From: Eledone cirrhosa
Taxonomy: Eukaryota
Assembly (NCBI GenBank): GCA_964016885.1
Contig: OZ024740.1
Coordinates: 368,280,001-368,344,000 of the forward strand
Length of the DNA stretch: 64,000 bases
Direction: 5' to 3'
Part shown: piece by piece, positions 40,973 to 54,132 of the stretch
Layout of the letters: each line of letters begins with the position of its first letter
How positions within the stretch are numbered: position 1 is the first letter of the stretch
Made by a program: the position numbers and the translations under genes
The notes under the pieces: model-generated
Told to the model about the DNA's origin: nothing
Seen by the model: only the letters and a program-made list of their open reading frames with translations
Database searches by the model: none

Positions 40973-41385
40973 TAATAATTGTTTCTACTTTTTGCTCAAG
41001 GACAGCATTTATCCAAGTGTATTACTGGTACTTTATTTTATCGACCCCGTAAGGATGAAAGGCAAAGTTAACCTCGGTAGGATTTGAAGTCAGACCATAA
41101 AGGGGCGTACTCTTTGCTGCAAAGCATGGCATCCGACCCTCTACCGATACTGCCAATCCACCGCTATAAATGTTCTTAATAACGATTTCTAGGCCAGTAA
41201 TTTTGTGGGAGGGGAAAGTCGATTAAATTGATCCCAGTACATAGCTGGTGCTTTATTTTATCGACCCCGTAATGACGAAAGGCATAGCTAACCTCAGCGG
41301 GATTTGAAATCTGACCGTAAAGAGCCGTAACTTTATGTCACTAAGCATGGTAGCCGACGCTCTACCGATACTGCTAATCAAGCAC
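40973..41385 (-). mobile_element. Two tRNA-derived SINEs on - strand (40973-41168, ~41185-41385); partial + copy at ~40700-40800
   Basis: Reverse complement of the SINE at 13300-13496. Confidence 0.85.
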
Positions 41386-42163
41386 TCAAGTTCTTAATAA
41401 TATTCACTAATTAATGAGTTAATAAATTATAGTTTGGTGACGGGAAATCTTCCAAATATGAAATTCAGTAGGCGAAAGCAGAGTGAAAGCCATTTGGTGG
41501 AATTGTCTGATTTAATATTGTTAAAGTCGTCACCTGCTTTAAGATCACTACATGCCTTTTGTGGTTATGGATGGAAACATTCATACGAAGAAATCGATTC
41601 GTGAATAACATTATCTCCCCACTCATGTCTTACTGTGTGTACTTCTCTGAATGAGCAGTTAATAAACAATACGTGACAACGATTGGCATCTTTTGTCTGA
41701 TTGAGTTCTTAAAAGTGTGATGATTTCAATATATTTTGACATGTATAAAAAATCTTTATTGATCAAGTGTTACTATTAATTAGAGAGTTATTTATGTCAG
41801 TTATATCATTCTAAATGATAAGCTAAAGTTGAAACTTTTAGAATGTGAACCGAGAAACGCGAAAGACGACAATATATAGAGAAACATGTTCCAATCGTCA
41901 TATAGCAAAGTACTAAAATGCTAGAATTAGTCCACATATAGTTAGATTGAATAACGTTTCAATGAAATAAGAGACCGTCATGAGCATTAATCCTAAAATC
42001 ACAATATCAGCCACTTTTATATTTATTTGGAAATCAAATTAAGTGAAATATATAATCAAATAACGAAATAATCTTTTTGCTGCATCATGCTGAATGGATT
42101 TTCATTCTAAACATATGCATTGAATTCAAATTGAGCGTGTGTTTGTACATAAATTAAATGCAT

Positions 42164-42277
<114 letters not shown>

Positions 42278-42997
42278 TTATATATATTTATATATATAGG
42301 TGTGTGTGTGTGCCGACGTGTGTTTGCATGCATGTACAAACACATGAATAGAAGAGAGTATTTTAAAGTTTATATAAATGTGTATATGTGTAAAAGGGTC
42401 CTCTATATTTATATAAACATATGTGAGCCCCGTTATCGTAGAAAAATAACTTTTTTGTATTTCGCCCTATGAACATGTCACTGATATCTTAGTAACTGTT
42501 GGGAAAGCCAGACAGCCATTTAATGTTCTCCTAAGTCACGTTCATTCCACAGGTATTGAGATGTAAATAGACAAAGAACTATATAAGTGTTGCGTGATGA
42601 ACAATTGCTGCTGATGTTCATTCGCATATAGAAAAATAAAACATATACTGGAAATGCTCTTTTGCAAATTGTGCGTGCTTGGCTGGTTATAGTTAATTGA
42701 CATTAGCACTAAAACAGCTCTAATCAAAATAGATTTGTATATGGAATCTTTAAAACACCACTTACATCCAGTGATAGTTGTGAGTGTTAAAGAAGCAGAA
42801 TCTACTGCGATTTACCCCTCACTGGAGCTGAATTCAACAGTTCTAGAGGACTCTAAACATGAAGAAACATATCAATTATCAATCTATCTTTAAGTGTAGT
42901 TGTATTTTCTGTAGCGATCATCGACAAGGAGATGCTCTCGCAAAAAGAACGGCCTGTTCCCCCTCTAATTTATCGGATAACATTATATTATTAGGAA

Positions 42998-43188
42998 AGT
43001 TGGATTGGCAGTATCGGTAGAGGGTCGGACGCAATGTTTTCCAGCATAGTTACGTCCCTTTACGATCTGAGTTCAAATCCCGCCGAGCTTGACTTTGCCT
43101 TTCCTCCTTACGGGGTCGATAAAATAAAGTACCAGTAATGCACTGGGTAATTGCTGGCCTTGTGCCTAAAGTAGAAACAATTATATTA
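42998..43188 (+). mobile_element. tRNA-derived SINE, full length
   Basis: A and B boxes and the conserved body. Similar flanks (TTATATTATTAGG) on both sides suggest a target-site duplication. Confidence 0.88.
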
Positions 43189-44459
43189 TTAGGGAAGTTA
43201 AAGTGCAGGAATCGTTGAAAAAATAATGGACATCCTGGTCGCTAACAGGCGCATTACAGCAAATTGATACTTGCATGCATCGAAAAGATGCCGTAATTGC
43301 ATCAGTGACTGCCAAGCTTTCTCTTCATTTAAACATGTTGGGAGAGATGACCGTATGATAATAGCAACTGTCAAACGCAGTGAGTCGCGTAATATCTCAA
43401 TACTCCAAGATATTGTTCTGGCAAGGACTATCAAATGATCGTGCTCTTCCCGCTCAGTTTGATGTTATCTCATTGCGTTTCAATAATTAACAGTAGCTAC
43501 CGTAACTATTCATAATATGTTATGTTTGCAACAACAACTGGCACTAAACGGCTGCCGATAAAATATTGCACTCTTCTGAAATCTATTGACATCGACCTTG
43601 TTGTTTCTGCGCGTAAGGCATCTGTCCGAGCATGGATACAAAATATCCAAGCGGATAAGTATAACCTGCTTAAAACATTCGGCCTTTCTGAAGAAAAACC
43701 ACGAACGACATTTCTCGCTCGTTCAAAACCTAGTATTAGTATCTCTCATCAAGAGCCGTAGAATATTTTCAGGAAGAAACTTCATGATATTCATCTATTA
43801 TGAAAACCGACTCAAAACCTAGGAGATCCTTCAAAAATGTGTTATACGTTGATAGAGCTGTTCCATTTGAAGGGAAACATATTGTGAGAATATTTGAATT
43901 CTTTGCTGCCGTAAGTTAAAGTAACACAGGCAGAATTAGATATTGCAATTTGTCAGGTAAAAATGGTAACGCACCAGGAGGTTTGGAAACTGAAAATGGC
44001 GTGGAAGAGTGTCCCGAATTTCTGTAATGAACTTATCATATAATTCGTTCCAAGGAGTGGGATATGACCGGTTTAACCTGAATTGTGAAGGAAGATGACC
44101 TAATATAGATAGATAATTACACAGACTGTATCCAGGATCTACAAGTGTCTGATTAACATAATTCGGCCAGTTATCGACAAGATATTACGTTCCTAATCAA
44201 AATGCGTTTCGACTAAACCGCTCAATCACCTCTGACATATTTGCTCTTTATGGTATAGTAGAACATCTCAAAATCCATAACATGGGGGCTGTATTAATAT
44301 TTATCTTTTCCCGAAATAACTCCATCAATTGAAAGAAAATATCTGAAATTCCAAACCTTTACAGTATTTCATATGATGAAGTAAATACGATCCGAGTCAT
44401 GCGCAAGAATAGCTCCGGAGTAGTGTCCACCTACGTAGATTAGCCTGATACATTCAACA

Positions 44460-44950
44460 TAAACAAATACGTTCTTCAGGGCGAGCGTCGCAATATGTTC
44501 TTGGTCATTATCTATCTAGATTAGGCACTAAGCACTTCTATCACTGAGACAGTTGGGCTGACACAAAGACGGCGTCAAAGTTTCCGTCATCTTGTCAAAG
44601 TCATGTCTGATCTTGACTACACAGGCACCTTCACGCTTCTCGAAAATACGATAGAAGCTGCACGAGATTTCATCATCAGATTTGAGAAGACATGGTAGGA
44701 TGTTGGACTGTTTCTTAATGCAACAAAGACAAAGTACATGCACTTGAAGTCATCTACTGATTATTGCCTTTATGCATTCGATGGCGCAGATATCAAACTC
44801 GTGAGTGATTTGAAGTTTCTAGTTCGTTACACTGACACCAGCAGCGATAAGAGGGTAACGGATCTGCATAGTGCAATGGTCGACCGAGGACGCAGGTGCT
44901 CAAAAGATGTCAGCGCTTCATTGCTTCCTAAATGGTCAGAGGGCTCAAGG
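44460..44950 (+). mobile_element. Decayed RTE-like RT fragment
   Basis: Degenerate ..QG.., GL.LNA.KTKYM and V.D.K.L motifs across frames; many stops. Confidence 0.45.
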
Positions 44951-45128
44951 AAAGAATAATATATATATATATAAACATTTTGAATATATGTTGGTCGTTT
45001 GCCGACACCTCAATATGCAGATTCGAGCACTTGACAAAGTACGCAGGTTGGCTGGTTTACTCCGGAGTAATGTAAAATAATTAAGTCAAATATGTAAAAT
45101 TTTGCTTCGTTTATTATAAATTAAAAAT

Positions 45129-45187
45129 GACTGCTATATATATATTTCGGTGACAGCCATCATTGGCTGTGACCTCTTCAGGCAGTC
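45129..45187 (-). ncRNA. Type I hammerhead ribozyme
   Basis: Minus strand: GACTGC-CTGAAGA-GGTcACAGCCA atga TGGCTGTcACC-GAAA-TATATATA TA-GCAGTC. Perfect 6-bp stem I and long stem II. Confidence 0.82.
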
Positions 45188-47478
45188 CAAAGACAGGTAC
45201 ACATGTTGTTGAAGTGTGTTTTACTCCGTCAATACATCGATATGTCCATCTCCTGGGAGTGTTGTTATTCCTCCGTGAATAACTTAGTGAAGATCCGTGT
45301 GCCAATTACGGGTTCTTCTACAACTCAGACTTGGAGTATCCACATATTTACAAAACTGCAAGCAAAAGTTTGGAATCGGTGAAATCAGCTTTGCTATTTC
45401 TTTTTATTTACTAATTCGTAAATTTGTTGATATTGTAGTACATTTTTTGATAATAATCATTAAGATAATGTGTGGCATGTTGCAACCCTACCCTGATAGC
45501 ACAAATCATATTGTGGCAGTGTGAATTCGTATATGTATGTGTAGTTACATATATTCTAACAGGATCGATTCTCCAGTCTCCGGTCTCCACATTCTATCGA
45601 GAAATTTCACTCCATATACCTTTCGGAGGAACCCCATTTCGACCACTTCTATACACGATTGTATTCTTATGGTCATTACCCATATTCTTGATTAGGGGTA
45701 AGGGTTAGCACGAATGCTGAATTGAAGATAGTAAGTTTAAGTTTACACATGTTGATGATCGAATGCTGAAGCTGCCGCATTACTGCACCAAATCCTGGAA
45801 CTTCATTCAGTTTCCCGCCTTCCAAGACTCATGATACCAGCGCCGAGATACTTGAACTTCTCCACCTGTTTAAATGAATCTCCACTCACATGTAGAGTAC
45901 ACTGTGCTCTTATGACAACATGTACAAATCAAAAGGTATAAACAGTGTGTATATGCATACATGTATAAAGAGTGGGATGGACTTAACTTCACCGTTCGTC
46001 ACCAAATCAACAATAATCCATTAACACTAATAAACGTAATTTATTTATAATGTACGAATATGCTTTTCCTGTTGTAAAATCATGATCAACAAAATCACGT
46101 TGCTCTTATATTCTCAGAAAAAATAATATCTGTAGTTAGCAGCAACGTTGCTAATACAACGATGGTAGAGGAATATTATCTCCTTACTTAATCTTTTTCT
46201 TTTTGTTATATATATTATGATCATGCCACTAGAAAAATCCTCCTGATTTGATAATGTTAAATTACACATCCATCTAAGAATCTACATTCTCTACCTACAT
46301 TGTATGTCTTTTGTGTAGTTTATTATGAAATATTTATAATTTCTTGTACATTCAGTTGTTTCGTTACATTAGTTAATCATGTCAAACATTTTGTTTTCAA
46401 ATTGTTCATGCGTTAATTCTGATACTTCACGACTTCTATAGAATATAGTTAATTTGTTTTCATTTATTTATTTTATATTGGAATGTAATTTCGCTGTGTA
46501 TAAAGTATCAATAATAGGAATTCAGGATTTAATTGTAATTCTTTTATTAAATCCTAACTATTTTCGTTGTAGCTATTGAATTACGGTAAGTATTCTTGTT
46601 TTGACACATTGTGTATTTCTTTTATATGCTTCATTAAATAAAATTACTGATATGTTACTATTTTCATGAAAACGATACAAACATCGGTTATGTTAAAACA
46701 AAAAGGGTGTTGTTCTCAATGGGTACAAAAATCGAAAACAAAAAGAAAATTATCGTCAAAGCTTGTTTTGATTATTTGTTAAATACAAATTGAATAATGT
46801 AATGTTACTATTATTAAATTCAAAGTTTCACTGTAAGCTATCAAATGCGTAGCTATATTCAATTATTCACAATTTGCAAGGATATATAACCACGTTTAGT
46901 AATATATATTACGCAATTGACTAAATATTAAAATAATAAACAAGCAAAAATGCAAAACGAAATTAATCAAGCATGGAGAAAATAATTCATCTATAATTCA
47001 TCACTAAAAATACGATTTGAAAAAATGACAAACTACAAGTGGCGATGGATAAAATGGACGGAGGCGCAGGCAAGGGTTGAAAACATGCATCTTTAGGATG
47101 ATGAGTTAGTGCATTAATCCAAACGCGAAAGCGTCATTGACTATCAATTATGGAAATCTTATGCCTGTACCTAGATGTGTGACCAAAGGATGAAGATTTA
47201 ATGATCATACGAAAAAATAAAGATTTGAAATGTCTGCATCAAATGTGTGGCCAGCGGCTTTTAAATGCAATGTCTAAAGCACCTGCTTGGCTTCCGGGGT
47301 TCTATTCCTCCCAGGTGCCCCTTGTCTCAATTTGTCTGTTTCAAGGGGTGCCTTACCATTGATGCAACTATGAGTTATAGTAATTTACAATTATTATGTA
47401 CATTTGCGTTTGGCGCACACATTTCAAATAATAAAGTTCTTGTAATTTCAGAAACACAATTTCTAGAGAGATGTATTG

Positions 47479-47593
47479 TACGTGGGATTCTGTGCAAGAT
47501 ATGTATAGTATAAATTACGTGGGATTCTGTGCAAGATATGTATAGTATAAATTATTGTTGCTATACATATAGTATAAATTATTGTTGCTATAC
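47479..47593. repeat. Two overlapping local tandem duplications (~38 bp x2 and ~27 bp x2)
   Basis: TACGTGGGATTCTGTGCAAGATATGTATAGTATAAAT twice; TATAGTATAAATTATTGTTGCTATAC twice. Confidence 0.85.
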
Positions 47594-48859
47594 GGATTAG
47601 TCCTAAACAATATATTTTTAGGCCCTACGAAATCTATCCATTTTATCTCTCCCCTTCAAAGGTATAATTGATATATCGATAACAAATTGTTTAAAGCTAC
47701 TAGTGTGGTGGGGGAAAATAAACTCTCGTCTTTCTCGCAGATCAACTGAGGCCATAATTATTTGCGTCGTTAATGACCCTCTGTAGCATCTAAAACGGCA
47801 CAGATGACTTTTCGTTAGAGAAAGAGTAGGGAATTGGTTTGTTTCGGACATATAGGAATTAAATATAAGGAATAAGGTGGTTGCAATATAAGTTGAAAGG
47901 CGTAAGTGAAACTATGCATCCTCAAGGCTGCTCTCGTAGCAATGAAAGTAGCAGTGAGGGGCTGTCACGTATGTGGGCACAGGGCAAGTGAGTGATCTCA
48001 TGTGACCACATGTCAATCAGTCGGGTGATATTTCTATATGTTATCTAGGGTATAAATGTGTAGTAATATCGTCGTACTGTGGGAGCAGTATTAAATATTT
48101 TTCATTTCATTTTAGATGTATATTGGGTTACTAATTGTTATAAAGTATTTTCTTGTTCCGAAGAGCAAGCACAGTTTTGCAAGGCTAGCCATGTGGAAAT
48201 ATAATTTCAAATCAGACAACTGAAGTTTTTACGATAACTATATTCATTATCAGTGTCATTGAGTAAATTAAGTGCACGATGAATTGCTATTCATTGTAAA
48301 ATATATTCTAAGAGTAGTTGTGATTTCTCCGTGGTAATAATGAAGTCAAATGCTTTTTAAATGCAATGCTTTATTGTTCACCTCCTAGAGAACTGTTGAA
48401 ACCTTTCCATAGAAATATATATATGCATCTTTCATCTGTTTCACGCCTGAAAATCTAAAATTCATCTGATCTTGACAGGATTTAGAATACGGGAAAGCAT
48501 ATATATTATGTTTAATATTAGAGATTATTATGTACCATATTTGTCGAAATATATTTAAAAGAGTGGGAAAATTAAACATTTTACTTCAGATCTTTTAAAA
48601 TATTTGTAAACGAAAAAGTGGCATTGTTGTTGCCTATCATCGGACCAGCTAGACATATTGGACATAGAAGGAATGGTGATTCAGCTATGCTGACAGTTAT
48701 TTTCTCCTGAATAGGCTATGCATTATGTCGTTGCATTTCTATGAGTGGAAGTTTTAATTCAATGGAGATGTTGCTGCACGAGTTTTCTAAAAGAAGATCA
48801 ACCTTATGCAAGCTCCTTCGTTGGCTTGCATATTTACTTTGATTTTATTTCATTATTGC

Positions 48860-51800
48860 TTCTTCTTCTTCTTTTCGTATCCTCGAAGCATGTGGTTATA
48901 TGACAGTTTCCCATTTCTTTACACAGTCCTTTGCATTCTTATTAAATTCTGAGAAATCTATTAAGCTGCACTGGTTGGGTAGTAGAGGGCAAACAAGGCA
49001 GTGCTGCATCGTATGGTCCTCCTCTCCGCATTCGCAGATGGTTGGTCTGGGCTTGTCGCCCCATCTGACCATAGCAGCCTTTGATCGCCCATTCCTATTC
49101 TCAGGCGGTTGAGTGTCTTCCACTGGACCCATTGTGCTTCTGAGCCAGGAGGGAGGGCTTCAGGAGGGGGGATTCCCATGTCAATAGAACTGGAGACATT
49201 CTCTTGCTTTCCAGTCCATAGCTGTAGACTGGTTTTATCCTGAGATGTTTTAGGGGCTGGACATGGTTGAGGAAGCTTCTCCTTGGCTTCAGTCGTTAGG
49301 CCGGAGGTTCACGTCCGTGAAGGAGGTGGCGTTCATCACTGATAGCATTTGTGATCTCTACTCAACTGGCAGCTTCCCGTCTCACATCTGCAGGGGCAAT
49401 GCCACCGAGGAGATGCAGGTTGTTCAGGTTGGTAGGCTTCAGGCAACAGGTGATCAAACGGCAGGTGTTGTTCAACGCTGGGTCTATTTTACTGGCATGG
49501 GTTTATCTCTCCCAAACAGGACACGCGTACTCCACAGAGAAATAACACAGGGCCAAGGCAGTACATCTTAGTGTGTGTGCTGTGGCTCTCCATTTGGAGT
49601 TGGTCAGTTTCCGCAGGATGTTGTTCCGGGAGCTGACTTTCAATTTGGTGTTTTTGATGTGTTCCTTGAATGAGAGAGTGCCGTCCAGGGTTACGCCAAG
49701 GTAGACAGGATTGGTGTAGAACTCATGTGGTGTTCCTGACCATGTGATGTTAAGAGGCTGGTTTGCTTCCTGGGCCCTGATATGGAACGAGCAGGCTTGA
49801 GTCTTCTCTTGGTTTGCGTGCAGGTGGTTGCTCTCGTAGTAGAGGAGTATCTCATCCAGCGCTGAGTTGAGGTTTGCTTCTATTGCTTCGAACGTACTCT
49901 CTTGGGATGTAACACAGAGTTCGTCAGCGTAGATGAACCGCTCAGTGTTCCGGTCCATTGGCTAGTCATTTGTGTAGAAGCTATATAGTAGTGGAGCAAT
50001 CACACTACCTTGAGGTAAGCCGTTCTTTTGTCGTCGCCAACGACTTTGCTTGTTGTTCAGGATAACACAGAAGCGCCTGTCTTTCAAGAGGGCTCCAATG
50101 AGGTATGTGAGTGCCAGGTCTCTTGTCAGCTCCAATATCTTCTTCAGGAGGAGGTGATGGTTCACAGTGTCGTATGCAGCCGACAGATCAACAAAGACCG
50201 CTTATATTAACAGTCCTTTCTGAAAACCATCTTCAATGTGGTGAGTGAGATTCATGAGTTGGCTTTTTGTGGATTTGCCAGGTCGGAAACAGCTTGTTTG
50301 GAGATGATGACTGGTTCAACAACTGGGGCCAACCTGCTGAGGATCAGGCGCTCAAACAGCTTAAACGGGTGGCATAGCAGGGAGATTGGGCGGAAACACT
50401 TTGCATGCGCTGGATCTTTAGCCGCTTTGAGAAGTGCAATCATTCTGGTTTTTCTCCAGATCTTTTGGATGTTTCTTGTCAGCATGCAGTTGTTCATCAG
50501 CTCAAAGATCCATTTCTGTGTCAGAGGTCCAAAGTGCTTGATCTCCTCTGTAAAAATATTATCTGGGACGATGGCTTTACCATTCTTTAGGGCATTGATG
50601 CTGATATTGAGCACTTCAAGCGAGAACGGCTTAGTAGAGTCCGGTGGTTCGGGAGTACTGAAGTACTTTGGTCTTGGCAGTTTAGTGGTAGATTTCCCAT
50701 TGAGCAACAGCTGATATGCAACTTGGTTGGGGGTGATGGCGTACTGTTGTTGTGTTGGAGTTGACGGGTCGTTGCTGATTTTCCGGATTAGATTCCCTGC
50801 CTTTTTACTGTTTTTCGTCATATCAGTTGTCTCCAACAGGTTTTGCTATTTCCGTTGGCGGCATCCTGATAGGGAGGTTATGAGTCCCTCACCTACTTCG
50901 ATGGTACTTTCAGCAAAGGTCACATTCATAGAGCTATTGGTATTGTTCATATAGTTCGCTGCTCTGAGCATTGAGTCCAGGAATGTATTGAGTGCGGCAG
51001 CCTCTCGGGATGTTCTTCCGAGCTGCTTGTTGGACAAACTTGGTGAAGTTATCGTAGATTTTGGGGTCCACTGGGAGGTGGGCAATCTTCCTTTCAAGAT
51101 CTTCGTGGAAGCCAAGCGAGTTCACTTTTCCAAAGTTGAATTTTCTTCGGAATGGAACTGTGGCTGGGGCGATTACAGCATTGACTGTAATGCCAATGGG
51201 GTCGTGTTGGATTTTTGGTAGTGGCTCCAGTACCTGCTTCTTGCTCAGTCCGGTGATGTTATTTCTGACAAACACGATATCAGGATTGTAACCTGCTTTC
51301 CATCGTCTGCTGTTGAAGGACTTTGGTTGTTTGGCATCGTGGATCAAATCAAGCTGGTTGCTTTCAGCCCATACTTCCACTGCATCTCCATCTGCATTGT
51401 TATTAGCATATTCCCATTGTTTGCTGTGGCTGTTGAAGTCTCCAATCACAATCTTTGGTTTTCCAGATGATGGTATTTCTGGCATCACGAGAGTTGGGAG
51501 AGGTGGTTTGTAGACTGAGGGGCTGGTAATTCCTCTGAGCTCAGCGGTTAGGACTTCGATGTTATAATCATCGTTCTTTGATGATGATTCGATGATTGTC
51601 CCATTTTTTGCAAGCATGATGCTTCCATTTTCTCATGTGGTCTTTCTATGAGGGTAGTCATTCTTTCCACACGAGGGCGGGGATGTTTAGGTCCACGGTG
51701 GGTTTCTTGTAGGCAGAGAATGTCACACTAATGCTCTCTGCAGAGTTTTGCAACAGGTTCTTCTTTAGTTGCAGATAGTCCTTCAATATTTAGAGATATG

Positions 51801-51980
51801 ATGGCCAATGCTGGCCTTAGAGGCGGGCGTTGGCCTCTCTTCATGCTCCGGACTAGTAGGCTACCGTCATTCGTCGAGCCTCTGGACATTTTGCTTGTCT
51901 TTCGGCTCTGCTTTGAAGTGTTTGGTAGAATTTGCAAGTAAACGTGGGTATTACTTGACAGGGATCGCGATGTGAACGCT
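48860..51980 (-). mobile_element. Near full-length decayed single-ORF LINE (APE + RT + CCHC), Vingi/Ingi-like
   Basis: APE motifs IISLNIEG, LCLQETH, IGDFNSH, PDI. RT motifs FRPISLLC, GLPQGSVIAP, YADE, YLGVTLD. C-terminal WKTLNRLR, CECG..H..CP. (GAA)n tail. Multiple frameshifts; clade assignment is from memory of the motifs. Confidence 0.88.
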
Positions 51981-52939
51981 TGCTAATAATTGTAAATATT
52001 TAGTGCATTCTTGTTACAAAGGTGTAATCTAACTGGATTTGAATTATTCAGTTAATATGATTTTAGGAACCACAATACTTATTGCAAAATAAATGATGTT
52101 CAAATCAATAGACAATATAGTGAATAAAATCCATAAAATAGTATATTAACATTGTAACACCAAAGAACTAAATTGTGGAAGTGAGGTTACATTCGCTCTG
52201 GGTGAATTATATTTCAACTCCTAGAATTCGGTGTTGATAAATGATTACCAGGTGTTTGTGGATCAAATCAAGCTGGTTGCTTTCAGCCCATACTTCCACT
52301 GCTCAGATGTTGCAGATCTGTGTAAATATACATTTCCTAAGTGAACATATATATTGAGACTGAAGAGAAATATTGTTATGTAAACAATCGCTATATCAAA
52401 GCCGTTGAGAATTATTCGTTATATATATAGTAAGATTGTTAATATATATAACTATATCATTAATCGTCTCCCAAACGTATGTTGATTTATCATATATTTA
52501 CCATGCTGATTACTTATTTTAGCAAAGAAAGGAGATGGTCTTACGGAAAATTGTATTTGCTGAACTAAAGTTGAATATCAGTTTAAAACAAAGTATTTCC
52601 ATATTTTATCATTGAACAACTTTACTGCTTTTTCTGCAACTGCTTGCGCCGCGAGTGCATAAAGGAGCACTTATTTCCAAATAAAAATTTTATAAACATC
52701 TTTCTTAGCTCGGTTGGAATCTTTAACCTCCTGACTGAACCAAGGCGTCCTCCTGCTACTCAGCGCCACATTAAGCTGCATCAGCAGCAGCTTTTACCAA
52801 CTGAAATAGAAGATGCTCAGCTGAACAATCTGCACTTTCTTTCAAAGTCCTCAGTTTGTTCAGGGCATTCTCTGAATTTCGATGCAGTTGTAATCGGGGG
52901 GAATTTTCAAATTACAAGTAGGTATGAAAATCAGTGCAG

Positions 52940-53350
52940 CGAAGACGGAGACAGTCGTCCTATCAAGTAAACCTATGTAGCGTATCTGAAGCAGGGGGAG
53001 ACGTTCAAGTCGGAGCCGTTTTCACGAGTGATGGAAGACAGAAGGCTTAATTGAAAGCAAGCGTTGCATCAGCTATTGCAGAAATGTCCGAGCTTTAGCA
53101 TTCGGTCGTCAGAAGAAGGGATATAAGCCTCCAAACCAAACACGCTATATTCAATTCATTTTTTGTACCAACTCTTAATTAACGTCATGAATGTTGTGTG
53201 ATGACATAAATAATACGATGGAGTTCATCCGAATGATCTGCTGAATAACATTACTTGACTGAATGCGTAGCTCAAATATTAGTGTTCCGTTCCAGATATT
53301 ATCACTACTTCTCAGAATAGAGCGATACCATCCAAGATATTAAGGACATG
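52940..53350 (+). mobile_element. Decayed RTE-like fragment (related piece on - strand ~45700-45920)
   Basis: LKQ.E.FK-like motif (GAAGCAGGGGGAGACGTTCAAGT versus the reverse complement of ACTTGAACTTCTCCACCTGTTT). Confidence 0.4.
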
Positions 53351-54017
53351 TGGTCATAATGTTTAAGGTAAGAGTCTGAATAGTTTTACGGGCAAAACCA
53401 ACCAGTAGTAGCTCACAACCCAGTAGTAGTTCACGAGCAAGTTGATATAGATAACATGAACTCTGCTGGTTAGTCTTGATAGTAATAATATGGCTTTAAT
53501 GTTAATATTAAGAAAACCAATGCTTTTCAGTAATAGATAAGAGATGTTGGAAAGTTGATTAGCTCACAGTATCCAACATCAGATACAACTTTATTACAAG
53601 TGTGGCCGCTGATAGATAATTCTGGGCCACGTGATAGGGATTCTGAGTGGAAATCTTATACACATGAAATATCACAGAGAATGACATTCATTTGGCTACC
53701 TCATAATATAAGGAATATTGACATTTAATCTTCCGAGTCTAATGCAAATTCCAAGGTTTGTGTGAAAGTGATATCCGCGTAAAATGAAAGTACATGAAGT
53801 ATATTAATCATTACCTGTTCGATGTGATCTTCAGCAAAAAACATAATTAAACTTTATTTCACGATGCTGATACTGCAAGGATAATTAGTAAAATTTTAAG
53901 ACTAATTTGTTGTCCAATTTTAATCAATAACACCGATTCAAAAATAATATTTCAATATTTATAATTTCTTAATCTTCAATATTCCAAGATTTAAGAGCGA
54001 ATCAATAAATTAGTAAT

Positions 54018-54087
54018 CTCCTCCTTCTACTCCTACTCCTCCTCCTCCTCCTCCTCCTCCTCCTCCTCTTACAACTCCTCTTCTTCT

Positions 54088-54121
<34 letters not shown>

Positions 54122-54132
54122 ATTCTTCTTCT
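54018..54132. repeat. (CTC)n/(TTC)n trinucleotide tract, probably the tail of the adjacent LINE fragment
   Basis: Direct inspection; explains the poly-K/R pseudo-ORF 54002..54292. Confidence 0.85.

Noticed and set aside
43200-44100. Possible decayed DNA-transposon coding region
   Set aside because: Slightly coding-like composition, but no motif or terminus could be identified.
51900-52000. HDV-like ribozyme expected at the 5' end of Ingi/Vingi-type LINEs
   Set aside because: No nested double-pseudoknot pattern could be found by eye; the 5' end looks decayed or truncated.
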